Origin: an uncultured virus (IMG/VR IMGVR_UViG_3300050821_005794)
Taxonomy: Duplodnaviria > Heunggongvirae > Uroviricota > Caudoviricetes
DNA: 20,000 nucleotides
Virus record (IMG/VR): IMGVR_UViG_3300050821_005794
Direction: 5' to 3' (one strand)
In this document: positions 9,631 through 17,097 of the stretch, piece after piece
How the letters are laid out: every line of letters starts with the position of its first letter
How positions within the stretch are numbered: the stretch's first letter is position 1
Notes under the pieces: generated by a model
Seen by the model: only the letters and a program-made list of their open reading frames with translations
What the model was told of the DNA's origin: nothing
Database searches by the model: none
Translations under genes and position numbers: made by a program

Positions 9631-10470
9631 CTAAGGTCTTAAGGAAGAAAACATGTCGCAGCAGTCTCGTTCGCCAACTGCGATGGTTCCATCTGACTGA
9701 AGCCTGTCTTGAAGTTTTGGGTCTATTCTAACAACCGGATGCGTGCAACCAAGAAGACCATTAATATCTTTGGCCGCGAACTTGCAATGCCAACACTCGC
9801 GTGGCGGAACATTTTCTTCATCCGTAACAAAGCCCGAAGTTGGCGTGCCGTCTTTAAGCGGAGCCGGAGAGCCTTCGCGTTTGTTTGTTAGGGGAATCAC
9901 TCCTGCCGAAGTGAACATTAGAACGCCACTAGGATAGACTAATCCTTCATACCCGACTTGGCCTTCGGATTTAGAGTTGAATGTGTTGTGTAAAAATGAT
10001 ACGGTTGAGCCGTGGCCAACGATTAGAATAGGTTTGTTCAACTTCTGAACAATTGCAGCCACATCATCAAAGAATTTAGCCTGTCGATTGTCAAACTGGT
10101 TGAGTGATTCGCCGCCAGGAATCTTGAGTGAGCGGTTCTTGATGTACTTGTCTAGGGGATAGTCGGCTTTGGATTTGCCTGTAAAATCTCCAACATTCAG
10201 GGGCCGCAAGCGCTTGTCTACGTGGCTTTCGCGAATGTCTAGAATACTTTGCAAAATTTCGCGAGTTTCTTTTGAGCGGTCTAGATCATCCGAGATAATT
10301 AGCGGGAACTTTATGCCGGTACCTTGCAGGAACAATGCTGATTGGCGGATTCCGTCGCGGCCTTCGGGCGTTAGCTGTGCGTCTGGACCGTTCGACCAGC
10401 TACGATAGGTATTGGCTTGGTTTCCGCCAGTTTTTCCGTGGCGAACTAAAAACATAATTGGGTTTATGAT
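9631..10470 (-). CDS. Histidine phosphatase (phosphoglycerate mutase-like) family protein with a C-terminal Cys-rich domain
   Basis: LVRHG, LTPEG, SDDLDRS, PGGESL and IVGHG motifs; C-terminal ECWHC...GCTHP...DCC. Start is either ATG 10455 or ATC 10470 (after GGGGGT). Confidence 0.85.
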   Translation of the reverse strand: MINPIMFLVRHGKTGGNQANTYRSWSNGPDAQLTPEGRDGIRQSALFLQGTGIKFPLIISDDLDRSKETREILQSILDIRESHVDKRLRPLNVGDFTGKSKADYPLDKYIKNRSLKIPGGESLNQFDNRQAKFFDDVAAIVQKLNKPILIVGHGSTVSFLHNTFNSKSEGQVGYEGLVYPSGVLMFTSAGVIPLTNKREGSPAPLKDGTPTSGFVTDEENVPPRECWHCKFAAKDINGLLGCTHPVVRIDPKLQDRLQSDGTIAVGERDCCDMFSSLRP

Positions 10471-11204
10471 GGCCGACCCCCGATAACGGAGTGTTTGTAG
10501 ATTTTTGAAATGTGGGACAAGAAATAATCTTTGGACCAAATACGCTTCATAAAATTGCACGTATTGCAGCACGGGGCCACATTATCTGTGCGGTATCCTA
10601 TTTCGTTATTGATCCGGTCTACTCCATTGTAGGTAAAAGAACCATTTGATTGGCGGGAATATTCTGTTGATGGCGGGATACCGCAGTAGACGCAACAGCG
10701 AGTGACGATATTGAAAAACTGTTCATCCGATAAATCCCACTCTAAACCACGTTTGGTTGCTTCTCGTTTATAGCGTCCGATTACTCTATTTTTAGCAGCT
10801 ACTCCGAGACCCGCAGTTCGCTGTTCTTTTTGTAAGCATCCGCAACTTCTAGTATTACCAAGAAGATGTGGAAGTGCGACGGTTGTTATATTTCCGCAAT
10901 CGCACTTACAAAGATACATCTGTCCTTTAGTCTTGCTGTAGCCCAGAAAAGCGGTCGCCAATAATCGGCCATTTCTGTAGCCTGACCAATCCTTTTCGGG
11001 GAACTTCTCGCACTTACAACTTTTGACGCAGACATTTCCTTTTCGAATGTTTCCTGGTCGCGCAGTTGTTTCTTCGCCGCAATTTTTACATTTTACAATC
11101 CATGTAGTTAGAAATCCTGTCGGAGTCTTAAAGGGAATTCCTTTTTTGACAACAACGAGATTATCCTTTATAGGATAGTTTTGAAAATTAGGTGTTAAAC
11201 GCAT
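10464..11204 (-). CDS. Free-standing HNH homing endonuclease
   Basis: CKCDCG...SCGCL zinc modules, then CVYCG...YNGVDRINNEIGY...NVAPCCNTCNFMK. Likely ATG at 11204, directly after the upstream stop. Confidence 0.85.
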   Translation of the reverse strand: MRLTPNFQNYPIKDNLVVVKKGIPFKTPTGFLTTWIVKCKNCGEETTARPGNIRKGNVCVKSCKCEKFPEKDWSGYRNGRLLATAFLGYSKTKGQMYLCKCDCGNITTVALPHLLGNTRSCGCLQKEQRTAGLGVAAKNRVIGRYKREATKRGLEWDLSDEQFFNIVTRCCVYCGIPPSTEYSRQSNGSFTYNGVDRINNEIGYRTDNVAPCCNTCNFMKRIWSKDYFLSHISKIYKHSVIGGRPS

Positions 11205-11206
11205 GA

Positions 11207-12244
11207 CTAGAAGATCATCCAAGGGAGCTGGAAAGGCCAAGCGGGGCCAGGGTATAGACCCCCGACGGTAGGTTCTATGACACCTCGGGACGGGTAGAAA
11301 CCGGAATTATCGCGCTCGCGATCACCCTGCATCTTGGCATTCATCAGACTTTCTTTCCACATTCTGTACTGATCCTGAAATTTTCCCCGAACACCTTTGT
11401 CTGTTGAGTGGCTGTACGCCAAAGCTACGAATCCATCCTTGAAATACTTGATGAAATCGTCAGGTATGGGTTCTAGCGTTTGGTTGAACGATGTGAATAG
11501 CCCGTTAGAGAACGCGAATGGTCTGTACTGAGCGAATAAATTAAATTGGTAGACAACTCCTACTTGCGGCGGAATAGGATAGCAGCGAATGCCTTGGCCT
11601 TTGGGGTTGATCGCCGTCCAAATGACTGTTCCGTCTGTTACGGTTGTAGCGACCGTGTTGGGACTGTTCTGTGTGGGATATGCCAATGTTATGGGCCACG
11701 AAGGTTGGCTGCCCCCAGTAATTCCGTACCCTGTAACCGACCAAAAGTTACCATTAGGGTCCTGAATTTGAAGGATAGGATTTGCCGGAGTAACAGTTAC
11801 GCCAATCGGACTCAGAATTTGTACATTCGCGCCGGGCCACACGGAGTACTGAAGCTGATCATTTGGCAGCCACGAGACTTGGCCAGGGATTCCATACTGT
11901 GCCGAAGTCATCATCAAGTCTTTGACAACTTCGATAGGCCAGATAGGTTTGGGCAGGGCCGTATTGTTTATATCTATTAATGCACCGTTCTCTAGCCAGC
12001 CAAGATTGACAACATTTAGAGCGTAGTCTTGCTGCCACGAATTCGTATACACCAGAGGCAATTTGAACCTATTCCACTTCCAGTTGAAAACTTGTGCAAT
12101 AATTTCAGTCATCGTATCATTACAGATACTCAGCACTGGGCCTAGCGTAGCCCCGCCAGCAGGAACTTGCAGAAAGGGCGCAATTTCAGGAAATGACCGC
12201 CCATGAGCAACAATATCTGAAATTTTAACTGTACTATTAGGCAA
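11207..12244 (-). CDS. Head-tail adaptor-like protein, paralog of 8689..9621 (TTG start, ~345 aa)
   Basis: SD AGGGGT then TTG at 12244 (MPNSTVKISD). Shares FNWKWNR...QQDYA...GWLE and IRCYPIPPQ...PIPDDF motifs with the downstream paralog. Has an internal module ending VTDGTVIWTAI. Confidence 0.7.
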   Translation of the reverse strand: MPNSTVKISDIVAHGRSFPEIAPFLQVPAGGATLGPVLSICNDTMTEIIAQVFNWKWNRFKLPLVYTNSWQQDYALNVVNLGWLENGALIDINNTALPKPIWPIEVVKDLMMTSAQYGIPGQVSWLPNDQLQYSVWPGANVQILSPIGVTVTPANPILQIQDPNGNFWSVTGYGITGGSQPSWPITLAYPTQNSPNTVATTVTDGTVIWTAINPKGQGIRCYPIPPQVGVVYQFNLFAQYRPFAFSNGLFTSFNQTLEPIPDDFIKYFKDGFVALAYSHSTDKGVRGKFQDQYRMWKESLMNAKMQGDRERDNSGFYPSRGVIEPTVGGLYPGPAWPFQLPWMIF

Positions 12245-12295
12245 CCTTTTGACCCCTAAACCGCATCTAAATATATACAAACGGAGTTTTAACTG

Positions 12296-12946
12296 ATGGA
12301 AATGTTTACCTGCACCAAATGTAAAATTGAGCAACCAATTACTGAATTCTATAAAGACCCATTAACCAAAAGGGGGCATTCGTCCCATTGTGCTACGTGC
12401 CACCGAGCGAGAGTTAAAAAATGGGCCAAAGACAACCCGAAAAGACATAATGCTAACGGCCAAAACTGGAAGAAAAACAATCCCAGAAAGATAAAAAATT
12501 CTCAATTGGTATATCATTTTGGGATAACTCTCGAAGAGTTCGAAAGACTCAAAACAATACAGGATAACAAATGTGCTATTTGTGGGTTTGAACCACATCT
12601 AAAAGCATTGGCCGTAGACCACGATCATTCTCACCATGAAAACCCAAAAAGAGGGTGCCGAGAATGTGTTCGAGGACTCCTATGCAATGATTGTAATAGG
12701 ATAGTACTTTGGGTTTTAGAAGCGAATCCCAAACTTCAAAGTGATTTTATAATAGCCTACCTAAAACAAAGACCCTTCGCTAGCCGCCCGAATAAAATTA
12801 TCCAGTGCGGTCTCGAAGCCCCAACCCCCATTTCTCCAAAGAGTCATAGTGGGGTACCACAGGCAACTATTCCCGTCCATCCCGAACTTCCAATCAACGG
12901 CACCGCTCAAGAGAACATGAACCTTTTTACCCATGCTAGCGGCTAG
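12296..12946 (+). CDS. Endonuclease VII-family (His-Me finger) nuclease, probably a free-standing homing endonuclease
   Basis: CTKC...CATC N-terminal zinc finger; GITLEEF...QDNKCAIC...LAVDHDH...VRGLLCNDCN core. SD GGAG. Inverted relative to the operon and overlaps the glycosyltransferase 3' end by 186 nt. Confidence 0.85.
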   Translation: MEMFTCTKCKIEQPITEFYKDPLTKRGHSSHCATCHRARVKKWAKDNPKRHNANGQNWKKNNPRKIKNSQLVYHFGITLEEFERLKTIQDNKCAICGFEPHLKALAVDHDHSHHENPKRGCRECVRGLLCNDCNRIVLWVLEANPKLQSDFIIAYLKQRPFASRPNKIIQCGLEAPTPISPKSHSGVPQATIPVHPELPINGTAQENMNLFTHASG

Positions 12947-14008
12947 ATGCGGTACCGCCGTATCAACGCTAACAATCACATCTAGACTATCTATCAAAAC
13001 CGCAGTATTTAGCCACGATTTGAGCGGCATCCGTTCAACCCCGTCCAACGGGGCATCGGGAACTTGAAGACTGACCCAATGAACATCTATGCTAGAAACT
13101 AGTTTCTGCGCCTGCTCTCTTCCTAGTTCTCGGTACACAGAAGCCTGACAGATAGGCGTTTCCATGGCTCTTGCCGCCCATACTATGCCAACTTTCGGTC
13201 GCGTGTCGCCGTTCGCTGACACTTCCAAATGTCGCCGTTCGCTGACTTTCCAAACTGGCGGATTCGGAATCTCACTAGGAATGGTTTGGAATATGGCTGG
13301 CAGATCAAAGAACCCCGCGCTAGGAGTGTTAGGTTTTGCTTCGGTTAGCGGTTTTATTTCGGGGCACCAAGATTGCTGACACATCAAATCCACGAAACCC
13401 GACTGAAAGAAATACGGCGGCAGAAAGACAGTAACGTGTTCCGCAATCTCGGTACATTTTGATAAGTACCTAGAATTTTGGATTAAATCGCCGTATCCGC
13501 CTTCGGATAGGACTTGTAATTCCTTCGTTGGTCGCCCATCCCATGTCGGAAGATACGCGGCGTAGCACATACGCTTCTTCAAGGATAGGGTAATTTCCCA
13601 AGCCTTCAGCCAGGATTCCGCAGTCTGTCTGAATAAAAGAGCACCTTGGTACCCAATATCCACTTCATACCCCGGCTCATGCGGGAACCTATAGGACTGT
13701 TCGTAATATTGAAGGGCTTCCTTGATGCGTCCGAAATGATGAAGGGCTACCGCAACCAAGGCACAACTCTGTGCTGTCTTAGAGAACTTGAAGGCTTCCT
13801 GAGCGGCCTCTAGCATCTTCTGGTCGCCCAGGGCCTCATACAGTACCGCCCTAGCGCACAGATACGTAGCTCGCTCATGCCCTGAGAGCTTGGTTTTTAA
13901 TTTTGTATCTAAATCAGCAATGAGTTTATGGGCCTGTTCGGGGCTTGAAACCAGCGTGTCTGATTTGTTGGGTTCGTATCTGCGGGTGCTTCTATATGCT
14001 AGTTGCAA
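12761..14008 (-). CDS. TPR-repeat / GT9 (heptosyltransferase-like) glycosyltransferase (415 aa)
   Basis: TPR-like N-terminal helices; WDG...EGGYGDLIQNSRYL, KVGIVW, LDVIVSVDTAVPHLAASMGK, DWKFG and WYPTMTLWR motifs. SD AAGGA, TTG start. Confidence 0.85.
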   Translation of the reverse strand: MQLAYRSTRRYEPNKSDTLVSSPEQAHKLIADLDTKLKTKLSGHERATYLCARAVLYEALGDQKMLEAAQEAFKFSKTAQSCALVAVALHHFGRIKEALQYYEQSYRFPHEPGYEVDIGYQGALLFRQTAESWLKAWEITLSLKKRMCYAAYLPTWDGRPTKELQVLSEGGYGDLIQNSRYLSKCTEIAEHVTVFLPPYFFQSGFVDLMCQQSWCPEIKPLTEAKPNTPSAGFFDLPAIFQTIPSEIPNPPVWKVSERRHLEVSANGDTRPKVGIVWAARAMETPICQASVYRELGREQAQKLVSSIDVHWVSLQVPDAPLDGVERMPLKSWLNTAVLIDSLDVIVSVDTAVPHLAASMGKKVHVLLSGAVDWKFGMDGNSCLWYPTMTLWRNGGWGFETALDNFIRAASEGSLF

Positions 14009-14018
14009 AAATAAATCC

Positions 14019-14047
14019 TTGACAGCCGATAGCGGCTATGTTACGTT
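14019..14047 (+). promoter_or_regulatory. Putative sigma70-type promoter for the 14078 gene
   Basis: TTGACA (14019-14024), 17 nt, TACGTT (14042-14047) with an extended -10 TG; A-rich upstream element. Confidence 0.6.
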
Positions 14048-14077
14048 GAGCATGGCAAACCTGCCAAGGAGGAAGAT

Positions 14078-14509
14078 ATGAACGTCGCGTTGCTTCGGAA
14101 GATTCAGAAGTTGTTCCGCGAAAAACCGTCCAAAGCACTAATGGATTCGTATGTTGAATTGAAAGACCAGTATAAAGACAAATTTGAGCCAGGAGAAGAA
14201 ATTAACTTTTGCAAGACTCATCTCTGTGTCGCGGGGTCAGCACTTGTTTTGTCTGGTAAGGCGAAACTTCAATGGACTGAGTATGATGTGCAGTTTATGA
14301 GCGCAAAAACGGGAAATCGAATCTGTGGCTATTTTGACGCCGCTCAAAAAGTTCTCGGGATTGGCGTGAACCAAGCTCGCCATTTGTTTTATGAAGATGA
14401 ATGGCCCGAGCAATTCCAAAGTGGCAAGAACACAACAGGTTCGCGGCATCTCGCCAAAATGATGGTCGCTAGAATCGAGCACTTCATCAAAACTAAGGGT
14501 CGCGAATAG
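14078..14509 (+). CDS. Hypothetical phage protein with a CxTxxCxAG motif (143 aa), moron-like inverted gene
   Basis: Perfect SD AAGGAGG and its own promoter. CKTHLCVAG and AQKVLGI...ARHLFY..WP resemble an uncharacterised phage family. Confidence 0.8.
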   Translation: MNVALLRKIQKLFREKPSKALMDSYVELKDQYKDKFEPGEEINFCKTHLCVAGSALVLSGKAKLQWTEYDVQFMSAKTGNRICGYFDAAQKVLGIGVNQARHLFYEDEWPEQFQSGKNTTGSRHLAKMMVARIEHFIKTKGRE

Positions 14510-14512
14510 AAA

Positions 14513-14791
14513 CTAAACCTTAATCCCGTTAATGAAGCTGTTGGCCGCCGATACGTCTATCCATTGGCCGTTGCGCCAGTAGCCTTGGCCTTGCTTCGTA
14601 GGTTCTGGCGTGACCGCAGAAGTAGGATCGGGACTAGGTGTCTTCGTACCATCTAGTTTGTTGATAAGCTCGGTGTAGGCCGCTGGATCGAGGTCTCTGA
14701 AAGTATTAATCTCGCGGCTGTTCATTTCTGCATAACTAAGTTTACGTAGTTCATCAAGTGAACGGACGGGCTGTTCGGTTTTGCTGTACAC
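14513..14791 (-). CDS. Hypothetical protein (92 aa)
   Basis: GTG start overlapping the upstream TAG; SD GAGGT. Confidence 0.7.
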   Translation of the reverse strand: MYSKTEQPVRSLDELRKLSYAEMNSREINTFRDLDPAAYTELINKLDGTKTPSPDPTSAVTPEPTKQGQGYWRNGQWIDVSAANSFINGIKV

Positions 14792-15375
14792 TAGGCTACC
14801 TCAACTTTTTCGAAGAGGAAGGTGCTAGATGCCGACATACTGTTGTCCGTAGGCCATTGCATGGCCTCGGCCCAGCCAGGTGTTGCAGGAATAGGCACAA
14901 TTTTGCCGCCTTCGATGTTCCATTTGTTCGCCGGGTGCCATTCCTTGCCGCACCGCTGGCACAATACGAAGTGCGAACCCGCAGGCAATTTGTGCTTTAC
15001 GACGGAGTACATAGAGTCATCACCTTGGCCGCGCATAACAGCATCGGCCCCGCGACCGCCCTTACGGTGATTGCAATTGGCCTCTCGCGACGCGCGCTGC
15101 GCCAAGAACTGAAGCGTAGCTTCGTTTTTCCTTCTAAAATCTTCGATTTTGGCTGCGTATTCGGCCTGTATTTTTGTCCATGTATCTTTCTTGATAGCCA
15201 TATCCAACTTGCGGTATTCGATTTCTTGTTTCTTTTGTTCTAGGTCAAGCGCAGCCAGTTCGTCTAGTAATTGAGCATTGGTTTTGCTCTCTAGTTCCGC
15301 TACGTACTCGGCGGGCTTCTTGAATTTATTTGTGCTATTTATGCTGCTTGTTACGTTGTTTGTATCGTCTGACAT
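14791..15375 (-). CDS. Hypothetical coiled-coil plus zinc-ribbon protein (194 aa)
   Basis: SD CAGGAG; heptad-rich N-half; CNH...CQRCG metal-binding motif. Confidence 0.8.
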   Translation of the reverse strand: MSDDTNNVTSSINSTNKFKKPAEYVAELESKTNAQLLDELAALDLEQKKQEIEYRKLDMAIKKDTWTKIQAEYAAKIEDFRRKNEATLQFLAQRASREANCNHRKGGRGADAVMRGQGDDSMYSVVKHKLPAGSHFVLCQRCGKEWHPANKWNIEGGKIVPIPATPGWAEAMQWPTDNSMSASSTFLFEKVEVA

Positions 15376-15437
15376 TTGATTCTCCTGTAGGGTAATGCCC
15401 TAATAGTTTGTACTGTCTATACTTCTAGTTGTTCAAC

Positions 15438-16073
15438 TTATGAACGAGGTGTATTACGAATGTGCTTTAAATATTCTCTATAGCGGCGAGAAACAGGCCC
15501 AGTTTGGGGTTCGCCGAACGCTTGGTGGGCCTCAACTTCAGTTAGAATTCTATTTTCAATTAGCTTCAATAGGATCGTGCGCCAGCCTCTACGCTTCGGT
15601 CCTAGAGGCACGTTGTATCTATCGAAGTAGAGTTCCTCGTATTCCTGCATAAAAGGAGCCTGAACGAAGCCTACGTACTTGGTTTTATCATTAACGGAAA
15701 CGTACAACCCGAGAGTCTTGGCCATGCCGCCTTTGTCAGAGTACCAACAGTTCAGACCGGCGGCCCTCAGCTTGGTTATAAATTCGTTCATGTGTAAAAT
15801 GCGGCCAGTTCGCTGTTGTTTCAATTCTTCTTGGTTGGGCCAGTGATATTCCTGACGGTTGGCTACGTTCTGCTCGAATAGCCTAAGATATTCTTCCTTG
15901 GATTGGTTGCTAGATACCGCCAGTTCTGATTCTTCCTCGACGCGCTTCAAAGTTGCGGCCAAGTTAGATTCTATGTCTAGATTGGCGTGGTACTTCCCGC
16001 CGTACTGCCCGTCGTCGTACTTGAATTCGTCGTCGTAACTTTTGTAGGAGGGCTTAGAAATACTGCTTGACAT
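15438..16073 (-). CDS. Hypothetical protein (211 aa)
   Basis: SD GGAG followed by ATG at 16073 (MSSSISKP). The track's longer start overlaps the opposite-strand HNH and is unlikely. Confidence 0.75.
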   Translation of the reverse strand: MSSSISKPSYKSYDDEFKYDDGQYGGKYHANLDIESNLAATLKRVEEESELAVSSNQSKEEYLRLFEQNVANRQEYHWPNQEELKQQRTGRILHMNEFITKLRAAGLNCWYSDKGGMAKTLGLYVSVNDKTKYVGFVQAPFMQEYEELYFDRYNVPLGPKRRGWRTILLKLIENRILTEVEAHQAFGEPQTGPVSRRYREYLKHIRNTPRS

Positions 16074-16095
16074 TAGGACTCCATTGTGGTATAAT
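16067..16095 (+). promoter_or_regulatory. Consensus sigma70 promoter for the inverted HNH gene
   Basis: TTGACA (16067-16072), 17 nt, TATAAT (16090-16095) with a TGn extension. Confidence 0.85.
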
Positions 16096-16116
16096 ACTCT
16101 ACTATTGAGGCTTACG

Positions 16117-16743
16117 ATGGCTAAGAAACGCGGTAAATGCAAAGATATGAGTGGTGAGCGCCACAACCGCTTACTTATTTTATGGCGGTGGTATGATCCT
16201 ACTAGCAAACGAGCTAGATGGTTGTGTCTGTGTGATTGTGATAACTATATTGTTGCGACAGGCAAAGATGTTCGCCAAAGAAAAGTTCAGAGTTGTGGTT
16301 GTCTGCGAAGTGAAATGTCTGCCGAAAGAGCTAAAAAGAACTCGGTTCTGAATACATTACCAGCAGGAGAAATGGCTTTCAACCAACTTTTCACAAACTA
16401 TAAATTTCATGCTGGCAAAAGAGACCTACCATTTGTGCTGTCGCGAGAGGAATTCAAAATTCTTACGAAAGGGGACTGTTTTTATTGTGGGGCGGCCCCA
16501 TCTCAATGGTATCATCGCGGCCACAAAAGCGGTTCGTACATTTACAATGGTATAGACAGGTTAATAAATTCCGAAGGATATTATCTAAATAACTGCGTTC
16601 CTTGTTGCGGTGTTTGTAATGATATGAAAAGAACACGTTCGGAATCGGGCTTCATAAAAGCATGTCAAGCTGTCGTAGAACATCAGAAGAGGAGAGCCGA
16701 AGAATTGTTCCGACTCTCCCTCCCTAAAATTGCTACTGCTTAA
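16117..16743 (+). CDS. Free-standing HNH homing endonuclease, convergent with the capsid gene
   Basis: SD GAGG then ATG 16117. CLCDCD...SCGCL and CFYCG...YNGIDRL...NCVPCCGVCNDMK motifs. Its stop overlaps the capsid stop (TTAA 16740-16743). Same architecture as 10464..11204. Confidence 0.85.
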   Translation: MAKKRGKCKDMSGERHNRLLILWRWYDPTSKRARWLCLCDCDNYIVATGKDVRQRKVQSCGCLRSEMSAERAKKNSVLNTLPAGEMAFNQLFTNYKFHAGKRDLPFVLSREEFKILTKGDCFYCGAAPSQWYHRGHKSGSYIYNGIDRLINSEGYYLNNCVPCCGVCNDMKRTRSESGFIKACQAVVEHQKRRAEELFRLSLPKIATA

Positions 16744-16760
16744 CTGACTGCGCTTGTTGC
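16740..16760 (-). CDS. Major capsid protein, last exon (ATSAVS*)
   Basis: Follows terminal G 16761 and joins in frame to ...LRYID. Confidence 0.75.
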   Translation of the reverse strand, partial: ATSAVS

Positions 16761-16977
16761 CAGAAGTGTTACCGCGTACGCGGGTTAGATCATTTCTGTC
16801 TAACTCTTACAGTTACGTTTCCTGTAAGCTCGGACTATCGCATCACCCCCGAAGGGTGCCCTCTCGCTTAGTCTCTCAGGCTACGATTTCTCGCTTGCCC
16901 CTTGTCGGCATTGCAGCTTCCAAGTCAATTAGAGTGGGTTGTCATTTCCGCATTTCGGCGGAACGAGACTGAAATCA
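16761..16977 (-). ncRNA. Group I intron E in the capsid gene, ORF-less, 217 nt
   Basis: P1 GAU|UG...CAGUC with U.G at the splice site; P3 CCCACUC/GAGAGGG; P7 GAGACUA/UAGUCC; UUCG-capped P8; P9 hairpins; ends in G. Confidence 0.88.
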
Positions 16978-17097
16978 ATCAATATAGCGCAAACGTTGGG
17001 TTGTATCGGGTGGTAAACTAGCAGTGAAGTGAACACGGTAGCTAGTCCAGCCGGGTATCAAACCAGACGGATCGGCTACGCTTAAGGGTGCATTTTG
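16978..17097 (-). CDS. Major capsid protein exon (40 codons)
   Basis: QNAPLSVADPSGLIPGWTSYRVHFTASLPPDTTQRLRYID; the DP...GW motif matches the C-terminus of N4-gp56-like capsids. Confidence 0.85.

Noticed and set aside
9619..9633. Genome-wide TAG reassignment fusing the phosphatase to the adaptor
   Set aside because: TAG behaves as a normal stop at 1118, 11207 and 14791, each followed by a gene in another frame, and long genes are not broken by TAG. A strong SD before the ATC explains the adaptor start better.
308..9900. Many short plus-strand ORFs in the track
   Set aside because: They are antisense shadows of long minus-strand genes, without convincing RBS or recognisable motifs.
15388..15402. 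Hairpin TAGGGTAATGCCCTA as a terminator
   Set aside because: Short stem without a U-tract, lying immediately before an SD; too weak to call.
16074..16208. Longer N-termini given by the track (15438..16208; likewise 9631..10572, 11207..12334, 17633..18496)
   Set aside because: The extensions overlap other genes or intron structure, and better SD-linked starts exist downstream.
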